A stretch of DNA of 64,000 nucleotides from Heterodontus francisci (GCF_036365525.1 NC_090378.1:124605593-124669592); one strand, 5' to 3'. Counted from the first letter of the stretch, positions 27,301 to 44,600 are shown. Program-made: numbers and translations. Notes: a model not told the origin generated them from the letters alone.

Positions 27301-30300
27301 CTCCTGTACTGACACATCCCACAGTTATATATAATAGATAATAATGGACACACAGTCCCACCTCCTGGACTGACACATCCCACAGTTATATATAACCTAC
27401 AATAAGGGACACACAGTCCCACCTCCTGTACTGACACATCCCACAGGTATATATAATAGATAATAATGGACACACAGTCCCACCTCCTGTACTGACACAT
27501 GCCACAGTTATATATAATATATAATTATGGACACACAGTCCCACCTCCTGTACTGACACATCCCACAGTTATATATAATATATGATAATGGACACACAGT
27601 CCCATCGCCTGTACGGTCACATCCCACAGTTATATATAATGTATAATAATGGACACACAGTCTCACCTCCTGTACTGACACATCCCACAGTTATATATAA
27701 TATATAAGAATGGACACACAGTCCCACCTCCTGTACTGACACATCCCACAGTTACATATAATATATAATAATGGTCACACAGTCCCACCTCCTGTACTGA
27801 CACATCCCACTGTTATATATAATATATGATACTGGACACACAGTCCCATCGCCTGTACGGTCACATCCCACAGTTATATATAATATATATTAATGGACAC
27901 ACAGTCTCACCTCCTGTACTGACACATCCCACAGTTATATATAATATATAATAATGGACACACAGTCCCACCTCCTGTACTGACACATCCCACAGTTATA
28001 TATAATATATAATAATGGACACACAGTCCCACCTCCTGTACTGACACATCCCACAGTTACATATAATATGTAATAATGGACACACAGTCCCACCTCCTGT
28101 ACTGACACATCCCACAGTTACATATAATATATAATAATGGACACACATTCCAACTCCTGTACTGACACATCCCACAGTTACATATAATATATAATAATGG
28201 ACACACAGTCCCACCTCCTGCACTGACACATCCCACAGTTATATATAATATATAATAATGGACACTCAGTCCCACCTCCTGTACTGACACATCCCACAGT
28301 TATATATAATATATAATAATGGACACACAGTCCCACCTCCTGCACTGACACATCCCACAGTTACATATAATATGTAATAATGGACACACAGTCCCACCTC
28401 CTGTACTGACACATCCCACAGTTACATATAATATATAATAATGGACACTCAGTCCCACCTCCTGTACTGACACATCCCTTAGTTATATATAATATATAAT
28501 AATGGACACACAGTCCCACCTCCTGCACTGACACATCCCACAGTTACATATAATATATAATAATGGACACACATTCCAACTCCTGTACTGACACATCCCA
28601 CAGTTACATATAATATATAATAATGGACACTCAGTCCCACCTCCTGTACTGACACATCCCTTAGTTATATATAATATATAATAATGGACACACAGTCCCA
28701 CCTCCTGGACTGACACATCCCACAGTTACATATAATATATAATAATGGACACAGTCCCACCTCCTGTACTGACACATCCCACAGTTATATATAATATACA
28801 ATAATGGACACACAGTCCCACATCCTGTACTGACACATCCCACAGTTATATAAAATATACAATAATGGACACACAGTCCCACCTCCTGTACTGACACATC
28901 CCACAGTTATATATAATATATAATAATGGACACACAGTCCCACATCCTGCACTGACACATCCCACAGTTATATATAATAAATAATAATGGACACACAGTC
29001 CCACCTCCTGTACTGATACATCCCACAGTTATATATCATGTATAATAATGGACACACAGTCCCACATCCTGTACTGACACATCCCACACTTATATCTAAC
29101 GTATTATAATGGACACACAGTCCCACATCCTGCACTGACACTTCCCACAGTTATATATAATATATAATAATGGACAAACAGTCCCACCTCCTGTACTGAC
29201 ACATCCCACAGTTACATATAATATATAATAATGGACACACAGTCCCACCTCCTGTACTGACACATCCCACAGTTACATATAATATATAATAATGGACACA
29301 CAGTCCCACCTCCTGTACTGACACATCCCACAGTTACATATAATATATAATAATGGACACACAGTCCCACCTGCTGTACTGACACATTCCACAGTTACAT
29401 ATAATATATAATAATGGACACACAGTCCCAACTCCTGTACTGACACATCCCACAGTTACATATAATATATAATAATGGACACACAGTCCCACCTCCTGTA
29501 CTGACACATCCCACAGTTACATATAATATATAATAATGGACACACAGTCCCAACTCCTGTACTGACACATCCCACAGTTACATATAATATATAATAATGG
29601 ACACAGTCCCATCTCCTGTACTGACACATCCCACAGTTATATATAAGATACAATAATGGACACACTGTCCCACATCCTGTAATGACACAACCCACAGTTA
29701 TATATAATATACAATAATGGACACACAGTCCCATCTCCTGTACTGACACATCCCACAGTTATATATAATATATAATAATGGACACACAGTCCCACCTCCT
29801 GTACTGACAAATCCCACAGTTATGTATAATATATAATAATGGACACACAGTCCCACCTCCTGTACTGACACATCCCACAGTTACATATAATATATAATAA
29901 TGGACATACAGTCCCATCTCCTGTACTGACACATCCCACAGTTACATATAATATATAATAATGGACACACAGTCCCACCTCCTGTACTGACACATCCCAC
30001 AGTTACATATAATATATAATAATGGACACACAGTCCCACCTCCTGTACTGACACATCCCACAGTTATATATAATATATAACAATGGACACACAGTTCCAC
30101 CTCCTGTACTGACACATCCCACAGTTACATATAATATATAATAATGGACACACAGTCCCACCTCCTGTACTGACACATCCCACAGTTATATATAATATAT
30201 AATAATGGACACACAGTCCCACCTCCTGTACTGACACATCCCACAGTTATATATAATATACAATAATGGACACACAGTCCCACATCCTGTAATGACACAT

Positions 30301-31118
30301 CCCACAGTTATATATAATATACAATAATGGACACACAGTCCCACCTCCTGTACTGACACATCCCACAGTTATATATAATATATAATAATGGACACACAGT
30401 CCCACATCCTGCACTGACACATCCCACAGTTATATATAATAAATAATAATAGTGGACACACTGTCCCACCTCCTGTAATGATACATCCCACAGTTATATA
30501 TCATGTATAATAATGGACACACAGTCCCACATCCTGAACTGACACGTCCCACAGTTAAAAATAAATAATAATGGACACACAGTCCCACCTCCCATACTGA
30601 CACATCCCACACTTATATCTAACGTATAATAATGGACACACAGTCCCACATCCTGCACTGACACTTCCCACAGTTATATATAATATATAAGAATGGACAC
30701 ACAGTCCCACCTCCTTTACTCACAGATCCCACAGTTATATACAATATACAATTATGGACACACAGTCCCACATCCTGTACTGACACATTCCACACTTATA
30801 TATAAAAAATGATAATGGACATACAGTCCCACCTCCTGTACTGACACATTTCACAGTAATATATAATATATAATAATGGACACACAGTCTCACCTCCTGT
30901 ACTGACATATCCCACAGTTATATATAATATATAAGAATGGACACACAGTCCCACCTCCTGTACTGACACATCCCACAGTTACATATAATATATAATAATG
31001 GACACACAGTCCCACCTCCTGGACTGACACATCCCACAGTTACATATAATGGATAATAATGGACACACAGTCCCACCTCCTGTACTGACACATCCCACAG
31101 TTACATATAATATATAAT
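15385..31118 (+). repeat. Large tandem duplication with a 7194-bp unit (118 monomers); the first copy is 8537 bp because of an internal 1343-bp duplication
   Basis: The marker TCCCACCACCAGTACTGACATAT...TGGAAAGACAGTTCCACCCCCTTTGC is at 15401 and 23938 (8537). ORF pairs 20802/27996, 22262/29456 and 23236/30430 are all offset by 7194, and 8537-7194=1343. Confidence 0.9.
17041..19726 (+). repeat. 1343-bp tandem duplication (22 monomers including one 62-bp monomer)
   Basis: ORF pairs 17301/18644, 17810/19153, 17932/19275 and 18149/19492 are offset by 1343 = 22x61+1. The 62-bp monomer carries CCCACCCTCC. Confidence 0.9.
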
Positions 31119-31249
31119 AATGGACACACAGTCCCACCTGCTGTACTGACACATCATACAGTTATATATAATATATAATAATGGACACACAGTCCCACCT
31201 CCTGCACTGACACATCCCACAGTTATATATAATATACAATAATGGACAC

Positions 31250-34200
31250 AAAGCCCCACATCCTGCACTGACACATCCCACAGTTATATATAATAAATAA
31301 TAATGGACACACAGTCCCACCTCCTGTACTGATACATCCCACAGTTACATATCATGTATAATAATGGACACACAGTCCCACATCCTGCACTGACACATCC
31401 CACAGTTATATATAATAAATAATAATGGACACACAGTCCCACATCCTGCACAGACACATCCCACAGTTATATATAACATATAATAATGGACACACAGTCC
31501 CACATCCTGAACTGACACGTCCCACAGTAATATATAATAAATAATAATGGACACACAGTCCCACCTCCTATACTGACACATCCCACACTTATATCTAACG
31601 TATAATAATGGACACACAGTCCCACCTCCTGTACTGACACTTCCCACAGTTATATATAATATATAATAATGGACACACAGTCTCACCTCCTGTACTGACA
31701 CATCCCACAGTTATATATAATATATAATAATGGACACACAGTCCCACCTCCTGTACTGACACATCCTACAGTTATATATAATATACAATAATGGACACAC
31801 AGTCCCACCTCCTGTACTGACACATCCCACAGTTATATATAATATATAATAATGGACACACAGTCCCACCTCCTGTACTGTCACATCCCACAGTTATATA
31901 TAATATACAATAATGGACACACAGTCCCACATCCTGTAATGACAAATACCACAGTTATACATAATATACAATAATGGACACACAGTCCCACCTCCTGTAC
32001 TGACACATCCCTCAGTTATATATAATATATAATAATGGACACACAGTCCCACATCCTGTACTGACACATCCCACAGTTATGTATAATATATAATAATGGA
32101 CACACAGTCCCACATCCTGTACTGACACATCCCACAGTTATATATAATATACAATAATGGACACACAGTCCCACCTCCTGAACTGACACATCCCACAGTT
32201 ATATATAATATATAATAATGGACACACAGTCCCACATCCTGCACTGACACATTCCACAGTTATATATAATATATAATAATGGACACACAGTCCCACCTCC
32301 TGTCCTGACATATCCCACAGTTATATATAATATATAATAATGGACACACAGTCCCTCCTCCTGTACTGACACATCCCACAGTTATATATAATATATAATA
32401 ATGGACACACAGTCCCACCTCCTGTACTGACACATCCCACACTTATTTATAATATATAATTATGGACACACAGTCCCACCTCCTGTACTGACATATCCCA
32501 CAGTTATATATAATAATGGACACACAGTCCCACCTCCTTTACTGACACATCCCACAGTTATATATAATATACAATAATGGACACACAGACCCACCTCCTG
32601 TACTGACACATCCCACAGTTATATATAATATATAATAATGGACACACAGTCCCACATCCTGCACTGACACATCCCACAGTTATATATAATAAATAATAAT
32701 AGTGGACACACTGTCCCACCTCCTGTACTGATACATCCCACAGTTATATATCATGTATAATAATGGACACACAGTCCCACATCCTGTACTGACACATCCC
32801 ACAGTTATATACAATATACAATTATGGACACACAGTCCCACATCCTGTACTGACACATTCCACACTTATATATAATATATGATAATGGACATACAGTCCC
32901 ACCTCCTGTACTGACACATCTCACAGTAATATATAATATATAATAATGGACACACAGTCTCACCTCCTGTACTGACACATCCCACAGTTATATATAATAT
33001 ATAAGAATGGACACACAGTCCCACCTCCTGTACTGACACATCCCACAGTTACATATAATATATAATAATGGACACACAGTCCCACCTCCTGGACTGACAC
33101 ATCCCACAGTTACATATAATGGATAATAATGGACACACAGTCCCACCTCCTGTACTGACACATCCCACAGTTACATATAATATATAATAATGGACACACA
33201 GTCCCACCTCCTGTACTGACACATTATACAGTTATATATAATATATAATAATGGACACACAGTCCCACCTCCTGTACTGACACATCCCACAGTTACATAT
33301 AATATATAATAATGGACACACAGTCCCACCTCCTGTACTGACACATCCCACAGTTATATATAATATATAATAATGGACACACACTCCCACCTCCTGTACT
33401 GACACATCCCACAGTTATATATAATAGATAATAATGGACACACAGTACTACCTCCTGTCCTGACACATCCCACAGTTATATATAATATATAATAATGGAC
33501 ACACATCCCACCTCCTCTACTGACACATCTCACAGATACATATAATATATAATAATGGACACACAGTCCCACCTCCTGTACTGACACATCCCACAGTTAC
33601 ATATAATATATAATAATGGACACACAGTCCCACCTCCTGCACTGACACATCCCACAGTTATATATAATATACAATAATGGACACACAGCCCCACATCCTG
33701 TACTGACACATCCCACAGTTACATATAATATATAATAATGGACACATCAATCCCACATCCTGCACTGACACATTCCACAGTTATATATAATAAATAATAA
33801 TGGACACACAGTCCCACCTCCTGTACTGATACATCCCACAGTTACATATCATGTATAATAATGGACACACAGTCCCACATCCTGCACTGACACATCCCAC
33901 AGTTATATATAATAAATAATAATGGACACACAGTCCCACATCCTGCACAGACACATCCCACAGTTAGATATAACATATAATAATGGACACACAGTCCCAC
34001 ATCCTGAACTGACACGTCCCACAGTAATATACAATAAATAATAATGGACACACAGTCCCACCTCCTATACTGACACATCCCACACTTATATCTAACGTAT
34101 AATAATGGACACACAGTCCCACCTCCTGTACTGACACTTCCCACAGTTATATATAATATATAATAATGGACACACAGTCTCACCTCCTGTACTGACACAT

Positions 34201-35040
34201 CCCACAGTTATATATAATATATAATAATGGACACACAGTCCCACCTCCTGTACTGACACATCCTACAGTTATATATAATATACAATAATGGACACACAGT
34301 CCCACCTCCTGTACTGACACATCCCACAGTTATATATAATATATAATAATGGACACACAGTCCCACCTCCTGTACTGACACATCCCACAGTTATATATAA
34401 TATACAATAATGGACACACAGTCCCACATCCTGTAATGACAAATACCACAGTTATACATAATATACAATAATGGACACACAGTCCCACCTCCTGTACTGA
34501 CACATCCCTCAGTTATATATAATATATAATAATGGACACACAGTCCCACATCCTGTACTGACACATCCCACAGTTATGTATAATATATAATAATGGACAC
34601 ACAGTCCCACATCCTGTACTGACACATCCCACAGTTATATATAATATACAATAATGGACACACAGTCCCACCTCCTGAACTGACACATCCCACAGTTATA
34701 TATAATATATAATAATGGACACACAGTCCCACATCCTGCACTGACACATTCCACAGTTATATATAATATATAATAATGGACACACAGTCCCACCTCCTGT
34801 CCTGACATATCCCACAGTTATATATAATATATAATAATGGACACACAGTCCCTCCTCCTGTACTGACACATCCCACAGTTATATATAATATATAATAATG
34901 GACACACAGTCCCACCTCCTGTACTGACACATCCCACAGTTATTTATAATATATAATTATGGACACACAGTCCCACCTCCTGTACTGACATATCCCACAG
35001 TTATATATAATAATGGACACACAGTCCCACCTCCTTTACT
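31250..35040 (+). repeat. Block duplicated at 2497-bp offset (about 31250-32540 and 33750-35040); part of it recurs near 37950-38580
   Basis: ORFs 31345/33842/38039 are near-identical. A 54-bp deletion monomer sits at about 32503 and 35000, and the GTAATGACAAATACC marker is in the first two copies. Confidence 0.8.
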
Positions 35041-36350
35041 GACACATCCCACAGTTGTATATAATATATAATAATGGACACACAGTCCCACCGCCTGTAC
35101 TGACACATCCCACAGTTATATATAATATATAATAATGGACACACAGTCTCACCTCCTGTACTGACACATCCCACAGTTATATATAATATATAAGAATGGA
35201 CACACAGTCCCACCTCCTGTACTGACACATCCCACAGTTACATATAATATATAATAATGGACACACAGTCCCACCTCCGGTACTGCCACATCCCACAGTT
35301 ACATATAATATATAATAATGGACACACAGTCCCACCTCCTGTACTGACACATCCCACAGTTATATATAATATGTAATAATGGACACACAGTCCCACCTCC
35401 TGCACTGACACATCCCACAGTTATATATAATATATAATAATGGACACACAGTCCCACCTCCTGTACTGACACATCCCACAGTTATATATAATATACAATA
35501 ATGGACACACAGTCCCACCTCCTGAACTGACACATCCCACAGTTATATATAATATATAATAATGGACACACAGTCCCACATCCTGCACTGACACATTCCA
35601 CAGTTATATATAATATATAATAATGGACACACAGTCCCACCTCCTGTCCTGACATATCCCACAGTTATATATAATATATAATAATGGACACACAGTCCCT
35701 CCTCCTGTACTGACACATCCCACAGTTATATATAATATATAATAATGGACACACAGTCCCACCTCCTGTACTGACACATCCCACAGTTATTTATAATATA
35801 TAATTATGGACACACAGTCCCACCTCCTGTACTGACATATCCCACAGTTATATATAATAATGGACACACAGTCCCACCTCCTTTACTGACACATCCCACA
35901 GTTGTATATAATATATAATAATGGACACACAGTCCCACCGCCTGTACTGACACATCCCACAGTTATATATAATATATAATAATGGACACACAGTCTCACC
36001 TCCTGTACTGACACATCCCACAGTTATATATAATATATAAGAATGGACACACAGTCCCACCTCCTGTACTGACACATCCCACAGTTACATATAATATATA
36101 ATAATGGACACACAGTCCCACCTCCGGTACTGCCACATCCCACAGTTACATATAATATATAATAATGGACACACAGTCCCACCTCCTGTACTGACACATC
36201 CCACAGTTATATATAATATGTAATAATGGACACACAGTCCCACCTCCTGCACTGACACATCCCACAGTTATATATAATATATAATAATGGACACACAGTC
36301 CCACCTCCTGTACTGACACATCCCACAGTTATATATAATATACAATAATG
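34620..36350 (+). repeat. 847-bp tandem duplication (14 monomers including one 54-bp monomer)
   Basis: ORFs 35001/35848 are identical; 847 = 14x61-7. The CCGGTACTGCCACA marker is in both copies. Confidence 0.88.
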
Positions 36351-38689
36351 GACACACAGTCCCACATCCTGTACTGACACATCCCACAGTTATATATAAT
36401 ATACAATAATGGACACACAGTCCCACATCCTGGACTGACACATCCCACAGTTATATATAATATACAATAATGGACACAAAGTCCCACCTCCTGTACTGAC
36501 ACATCCCACATTTATATATAATATACAATAATGGACACACAGTCCCACCTCCTGTCCTGACACATCCCACAGTTATATGTAATATACAATAATGGACACA
36601 CAGTCCCACCTCCTGTACTGACACATCCCACATTTATATATAATATATAATAATGGACACACAGTCCCACATCCTGCACTGGCACATCCCACAGTTATAT
36701 ATAATAAATAATAATGGACACACAGTCCCACCTCCTGTACTGACACATCCCACAGTTATATATAATAAATAATAATGGACACACAGTCCCACATCCTGCA
36801 CTGACACATCCCACATTTATATATAATAAATAATAATGGACACACAGTCCCACATCCTGCACTGACACATCCCACAGTTATATATAATAAATAATAATGG
36901 ACACACAGTCCCACCTCCTGTACTGACACATCCCACAGTTATATATAATAAATAATAATGGACACACAGTCCCACATCCTGCACTGACACATCCCACAGT
37001 TATATATAATATATAATAATGGACAGACAGTCCCACATCCAGAACTGACACGTCCCACAGTTATATTTAATAAATAATAATGGACACACAGTCCCAACTC
37101 CTATATTGACAAATCCCACACTTATATCTAACTTATAATAATGGACACACAGTCCCACCTCCTGTACTGACACTTCCCACAGTTATATATAATATATAAT
37201 AATGGAAACAAAGTCTCACCTCCTGTACTGACACATCCCACAGTTATGTATGATATATAATAATGGACACACAGTCCCACCTCCTGTACTGACACATCCT
37301 ACAGTTATATATAATATACAATAATGGACACACAGTCCCACCTCCTGTACTGACACATCCCACAGTTATATATAATATATAATAATGGACACACAGTCCC
37401 TCCTCCTGTACTGACACATCCCACAGTTATATATAATATATAATAATGGACACAGAGTCCCACCTCCTGTACTGACACATCCCACAGTTATATATAATAT
37501 ATAATAATGGAAACACAGTCCCACCGCCTGTACTGACACATCCCACAATTATATCTTCTAGATAATAATGGATACACAGTCCCACATCCTGCACTGACAC
37601 ATCCCACAGTTATATATAATATATAATAATGGAAACACAGTCCCACCGCCTGTACTGACACATCCCACAATTATATCTTCTAGATAATAATGGATACACA
37701 GTCCCACATCCTGCACTGACACATCCCACAGTTATATATAATATATAATAATGGACACATCAGTCCCAACTCCTGTACTGACACATTCCACAGTTATATA
37801 TAATATATAATAATGGACACACAGTCCCACCTCCTGCACTGAGACATCCCACAATTATATCTTCTAGATAATAATGGATACACAGTCCCACCTCCTGCAC
37901 TGACACATCCCACAGTTATATATAATATACAATAATGGACACATCAGTCCCACATCCTGCACTGACACATTCCACAGTTATATATAATAAATAATAATGG
38001 ACACACAGTCCCACCTCCTGTACTGATACATCCCACAGTTACATATCATGTATAATAATGGACACACAGTCCCACATCCTGCACTGACACATCCCACAGT
38101 TATATATAATAAATAATAATGGACACACAGTCCCACATCCTGCACAGACACATCCCACAGTTATATATAACATATAATAATGGACACACAGTCCCACATC
38201 CTGAACTGACACATCCCACAGTAATATATAATAAATAATAATGGACACACAGTCCCACCTCCTATACTGACACATCCCACACTTATATCTAACGTATAAT
38301 AATGGACACACAGTCCCACCTCCTGTACTGACACTTCCCACAGTTATATATAATATATAATAATGGACACACAGTCTCACCTCCTGTACTGACACATCCC
38401 ACAGTTATATATAATATATAATAATGGACACACAGTCCCACCTCCTGTACTGACACATCCTACAGTTATATATAATATACAATAATGGACACACAGTCCC
38501 ACCTCCTGTACTGACACATCCCACAGTTATATATAATATATAATAATGGACACACAGTCCCACCTCCTGTACTGACACATCCCACAGTTATATATAATAA
38601 ATAATAATGGACACACAGTCCCACATCCCGCACTGACACATCCCACCGTTATATATCATGTATAATAATGGACACACAGTCCCACATCC

Positions 38690-41600
38690 TGTCCTGACAC
38701 ATCCCACAGTTATATATAATAAATAATAATGGACACACAGTCCCACACCTGCACTGACACATCCCACAGTTATATATAATATATAATAATGGACACACAG
38801 TCCCACATCCAGAACTGACACGTCCCACAGTTATATTTAATAAATAATAATGGACACACAGTCCCAACTCCCATACTGACAAATCCCACACTTATATCTA
38901 ACTTATAATAATGGACACACAGTCCCACCTCCTGTACTGACACTTCCCACAGTTATATATAATATATAATGATGGACACACAGTCCCACCTCCTGTACTG
39001 ACACATCCCACAGTTATATATAATATATAATAATGGACACACAGTCCCACCTCCTGTACTGACACATCCCACAGTTATATATAATATACAATAATGGACA
39101 CACAGTCCCACCTCCTGTACTGACACATCCCACAGTTATATATAATATATAATAATGGACACACAGTCCCACCTCCTGTACTGACACATCCCACAGTTAT
39201 ATATAATATATAATAATGGACACACAGTCCCTCCTCCTGTACTGACACATCCCACAGTTATATATAATATATAATAATGGACACACAGTCCCACCTCCTG
39301 TACTGACACATCCCACAGTTATATATAATATATAATAATGGACACACAGTCCCACCTCCTGTACTGACACATCCCACAGTTATATATAATATATAATAAT
39401 GGACACAAAGTCCCACCTCCTGTACTGACACATCCCACAGTTATATATAATATATAATAATGGACACACAGTCCCACCTCCTGTACTGACACATCCCACA
39501 GTTATATATAATATATAATAATGGAAACACAGTCCCACCTCCTGTACTGACACATCCCACAGTTATATATAGTATATAATAATGGACACACAGTCCCTCC
39601 TCCTGTACTGACACATCCCACAGTTATATATAATATATAATAATGGACACACAGTCCCACCTCCTGTACTGACACATCCCACAGTTATATATAATATATA
39701 ATAATGGAAACACAGTCCCACCGCCTGTACTGACACATCCCACAATTATATATAATATATAATAATGGACACACAGTCCCACCTCCTGCACTGAGACATC
39801 CCACAATTATATCTTCTAGATAATAATGGATACACAGTCCCTCCTCCTGTACTGACACATCCCACAGTTATATATAATAAATAATAATGGACACACAGTC
39901 CCACACCTGCACTGACACATCCCACAGTTATATATCATGTATAATAATGGACACACAGTCCCACATCCTGTACTGACACATCCCACAGTTATATATAATA
40001 AATAATAATGGACACACAGTCCCACACCTGCAGTGACACATCCCACAGTTATATATAATATATAATAATGGACACACAGTCCCACATCCAGAACTGACAC
40101 GTCCCACAGTTATATATAATATATAATAATGGACACACAGTCCCACCTCCTGTACTGACACTTCCCACAGTTATATATAATATATAATAATGGAAACACA
40201 GTCTCACCTCCTGTACTGACACATCCCACAGTTATATATAATATATAATAATGGAAACACAGTCTCACCTCCTGTACTGACACATCCCACAGTTATATAT
40301 AATATATAATAATGGACACACAGTCCCACCTCCTGTACTGACACATCCCACAGTTATATATAATATATAATAATGGACACACAGTCCCACCTCCTGTACT
40401 GACACATCCCACAGTTATATATAATATATAATAATGGAAACACAGTCCCACCGCCTGTACTGACACATCCCACAGTTATATATAATATATAATAATGGAC
40501 ACACAGTCCCACCTCCTGCACTGACACATCCCACATTTATATATAAAAGATAATAATGGACACTCAGTCCCTCCTCCTGTACTGACACATTCCACAGTTA
40601 TATATAATAGATAATAATGGACACACAGTCCCACCTCCTACACTGACATATCCCGCTGTAATATATAATATATAATAATGGACACACAGACACTGCTCCT
40701 GTACAGAAACATCCCACAGTTATATATAATATATAATAATGGACAGACAGTCCCACATCCTGCACTGACACATCCCACAGTTATAAATAATATATAATAA
40801 TGGACACACAGTCCCACCTCCTGCACTGACACATCCCACAATTATATATTAAAAAAAAATTGGACACACAGTCCCTCCTCCAGTTCTGACATTTCCCTCA
40901 GTAATATATAATCAATAATAATGGACACACAGTCCCACCTCCTGTACTGACACATCCCACAGTTATATATAATATATAATAATGGACACAGAGTCCCATC
41001 TTCTGTACTGACACGTCCCACAGTTGTCTATAATATATTATAATGGACACAAAGTCCCACCTCCTTCACTGACATATCCCACAGTTATCTATAATATATA
41101 ATAATGGACACACAGTCCCACCTCCTATACTGACATATCCCTCAGTTATATATAATATATAACAATGGACACACAGTCCCACCTCCTGTACTGACACATC
41201 CCACAGTTATGTATCATGTATAATAATGGACACGCAGTCCCACATCCTGTACTGACACATCCCACAGTTATATATAATATATAATAATGGACACACAGTC
41301 CCTCCTCCTGTACTGACACATCCCACAGTTATATATAATATATAATAATGGACACACAGTCCCACCTCCTTCACTGACATATCCCACAGTTATATATAAT
41401 ATATAATAATGGACACACAGTCCCTCCTCCTGTATGGACACATCCCACAGTTATATATAATATATAATAATGGACACACAGTCCCTCCTCCTGTACTGAC
41501 ACATCCCACAGTTATATATAATATATAATAATGGACACACAGTCCCTCCTCCTGTACTGACACATCCCACAGTTATATATAATATATAATAATGGACACA

Positions 41601-44600
41601 CAGTCCCACCTCCTTCACTGACATATCCCACAGTTATATATAATATATAATAATGGACACACAGTCCCTCCTCCTGTATGGACACATCCCACAGTTATAT
41701 ATAATATATAATAATGGACACACAGTCCCACCTCCTTCACTGACATATCCCACAGTTATATATAATATATAATAATGGACACACAGTCCCTCCTCCTGTA
41801 TGGACACATCCCACAGTTATATATAATATATAATAATGGACACACAGTCCCTCCTCCTGTATGGACACATCCCACAGTTATATATAATATATAATAATGG
41901 ACACACAGTCCCTCCTCCTGTACTGACACATCCCACAGTTATATATAATATATAATAATGGACACACAGTCCCTCCTCCTGTACTGACACATCCCACAGT
42001 TATATATAATATATAATAATGGACACACAGTCCCACCTCCTTCACTGACATATCCCACAGTTATATATAATATATAATAATGGACACACAGTCCCTCCTC
42101 CTGTATGGACACATCCCACAGTTATATATAATATATAATAATGGATACACAGTCCCACCTCCTGTACTGACACATCCCACAGTTATATATAATATATAAT
42201 AATGGACACACAGTCCCTCCTCCTGTACTGACACATCCCACAGTTATATATAATATATAATAATGGACACACAGTCCCACCTCCTTCACTGACATATCCC
42301 ACAGTTATATATAATATATAATAATGGACACACAGTCCCTCCTCCTGTATGGACACATCCCACAGTTATATATAATATATAATAATGGATACACATTCCC
42401 ACCTCCTGCACTGACACTTCCCACAGTTATATATAATAGATAATAATGGATACACAGTGCCACCTCCTGTACTGACACATCCCACAGTTATATCTAATAT
42501 ATAATAATGGACACACAGTCCCACCTCCTTCACTGACACATCCCACAGTTATATATAATATATAATAATGGAAACACAGTCCCTCTTCCTTTTCTGACAC
42601 ATCCCACATTTATATATAATATATAATAATGGACACACAGTCCCACCTCCTGCACTGAGACATCCCACAGTTATATCTTCTGGACAATAATAGATACACA
42701 GTCCCTCCTCCTGCACTGACACATCCCACAGTTATATATAATATATAATAATGGACACACAGTCCCACCTCCTGCACTGACATATCCCACAGTTATATAT
42801 AATATATATAAATGCACACACAGTCCCACCTCCTGTACTGACACATCCCACAGTTATATATAATATATAATAATGGACACACAGTCCCACCTCCTGCACT
42901 GACATATCCCACAGTTATATATAATATATATAAATGCACACACAGTCCCACCTCCTGTACTGACACATCCCACAGTTATATATAATATATAATAATGGAC
43001 ACACAGTCCCACCTCCTGCACTGACACATCCCACAGTTATATCTTCTGGACAATAATAGATACACAGTCCCTCCTCCTGCACTGACACATCCCACAGTTA
43101 TATATAATATATAATAATGGACACACAGTCCCACCTCCTGCACTGACATATCCCACAGTTATATATAATATATATAAATGCACACACAGTCCCACCTCCT
43201 GTACTGACACATTCCACAGCTTTATATAATATATAATAACGGACACACAGTCCCACCTCCTGTACTGACACATTCCACAGCTTTATATAATATATAATAA
43301 CGGACACACATTCCCATCTCCTGCACTGACACATCCCACAGTTATATATAATATATAATAATGGACACACAGTCCCACCTCCTGTACTGACACATTCCAC
43401 AGCTTTATATAATATATAATAACGGACACACATTCCCATCTCCTGCACTGACACATCCCACAGTTATATCTAATATATTATAATGGACACACAGTCCCTC
43501 CTCCTGCACTGACACATCCCACAGTTATATATAATCGCTAATAATGGACACACAGTCCCAGCTCCTGAACTGACACGTCCCACAGTAACATATAATAAAT
43601 AATAATGGACACACAGTCCCACCTCCTGCACTGAAACCTCCCACAGTTATATATAATATATTATAATGGACACACAGTCCCACCTCCTGTACTGACACGT
43701 CACACAGTTGTAAATAATATATAGCAATGGACACACAGTCCCACCTCCTGTACTGAAACATCCCACAGTTATATATAATAGATAATAATGGACACACAGT
43801 CCCACCTCCTGTACTGACATATCCCACAGGTATATATAATAAATAATAATGGACACACAGTCCCTCCTCCTGTACTGACACATCCCACAGTTATATATAA
43901 TATATAATAATGGACACAGAGTCCAATCTTCTGTACTGACACGTCCCACAGTTGTATATAATATATTATAATGGACACACAGTCCCACCTCCTGTCCTGA
44001 CATATCCCACAGTTATATATAATATATAATAATGGACACACAGTCCCACATCCTGCACTGACACATCCCACAGTTATAAATAATATATAATAATGGACAC
44101 ACAGTCCCACCTCCTGCACTGACACATCCCACAATTATATATTTTAAAAAAATTGGACACACAGTCCCTCCTCCACTTCTGACATTTCCCTCAGTAATAT
44201 ATAATCAATAATAATGGACACACAGTCCCACCTCCTGTACTGACACATCCCACAGATATATATAATATATAATAATGGACACAGAGTCCCATCTTCCGTA
44301 CTGACACGTCCCACAGTTGTCTATAATATATTATAATGGACACAAAGTCCCACCTCCTTCACTGACATATCCCACAGTTATCTATAATATATAATAATGG
44401 ACACACAGTCCCACCTCCTATACTGACATATCCCACAGTTATATATAATATATAACAATGGACACACAGTCCCACCTCCTGTACTGACACATCCCACAGT
44501 TATGTATCATGTATAATAATGGACACGCAGTCCCACCTCCTGTATTGACACATCCCACAGTTATATATAATATATAATAATGGACACACAGTCCCACCTC

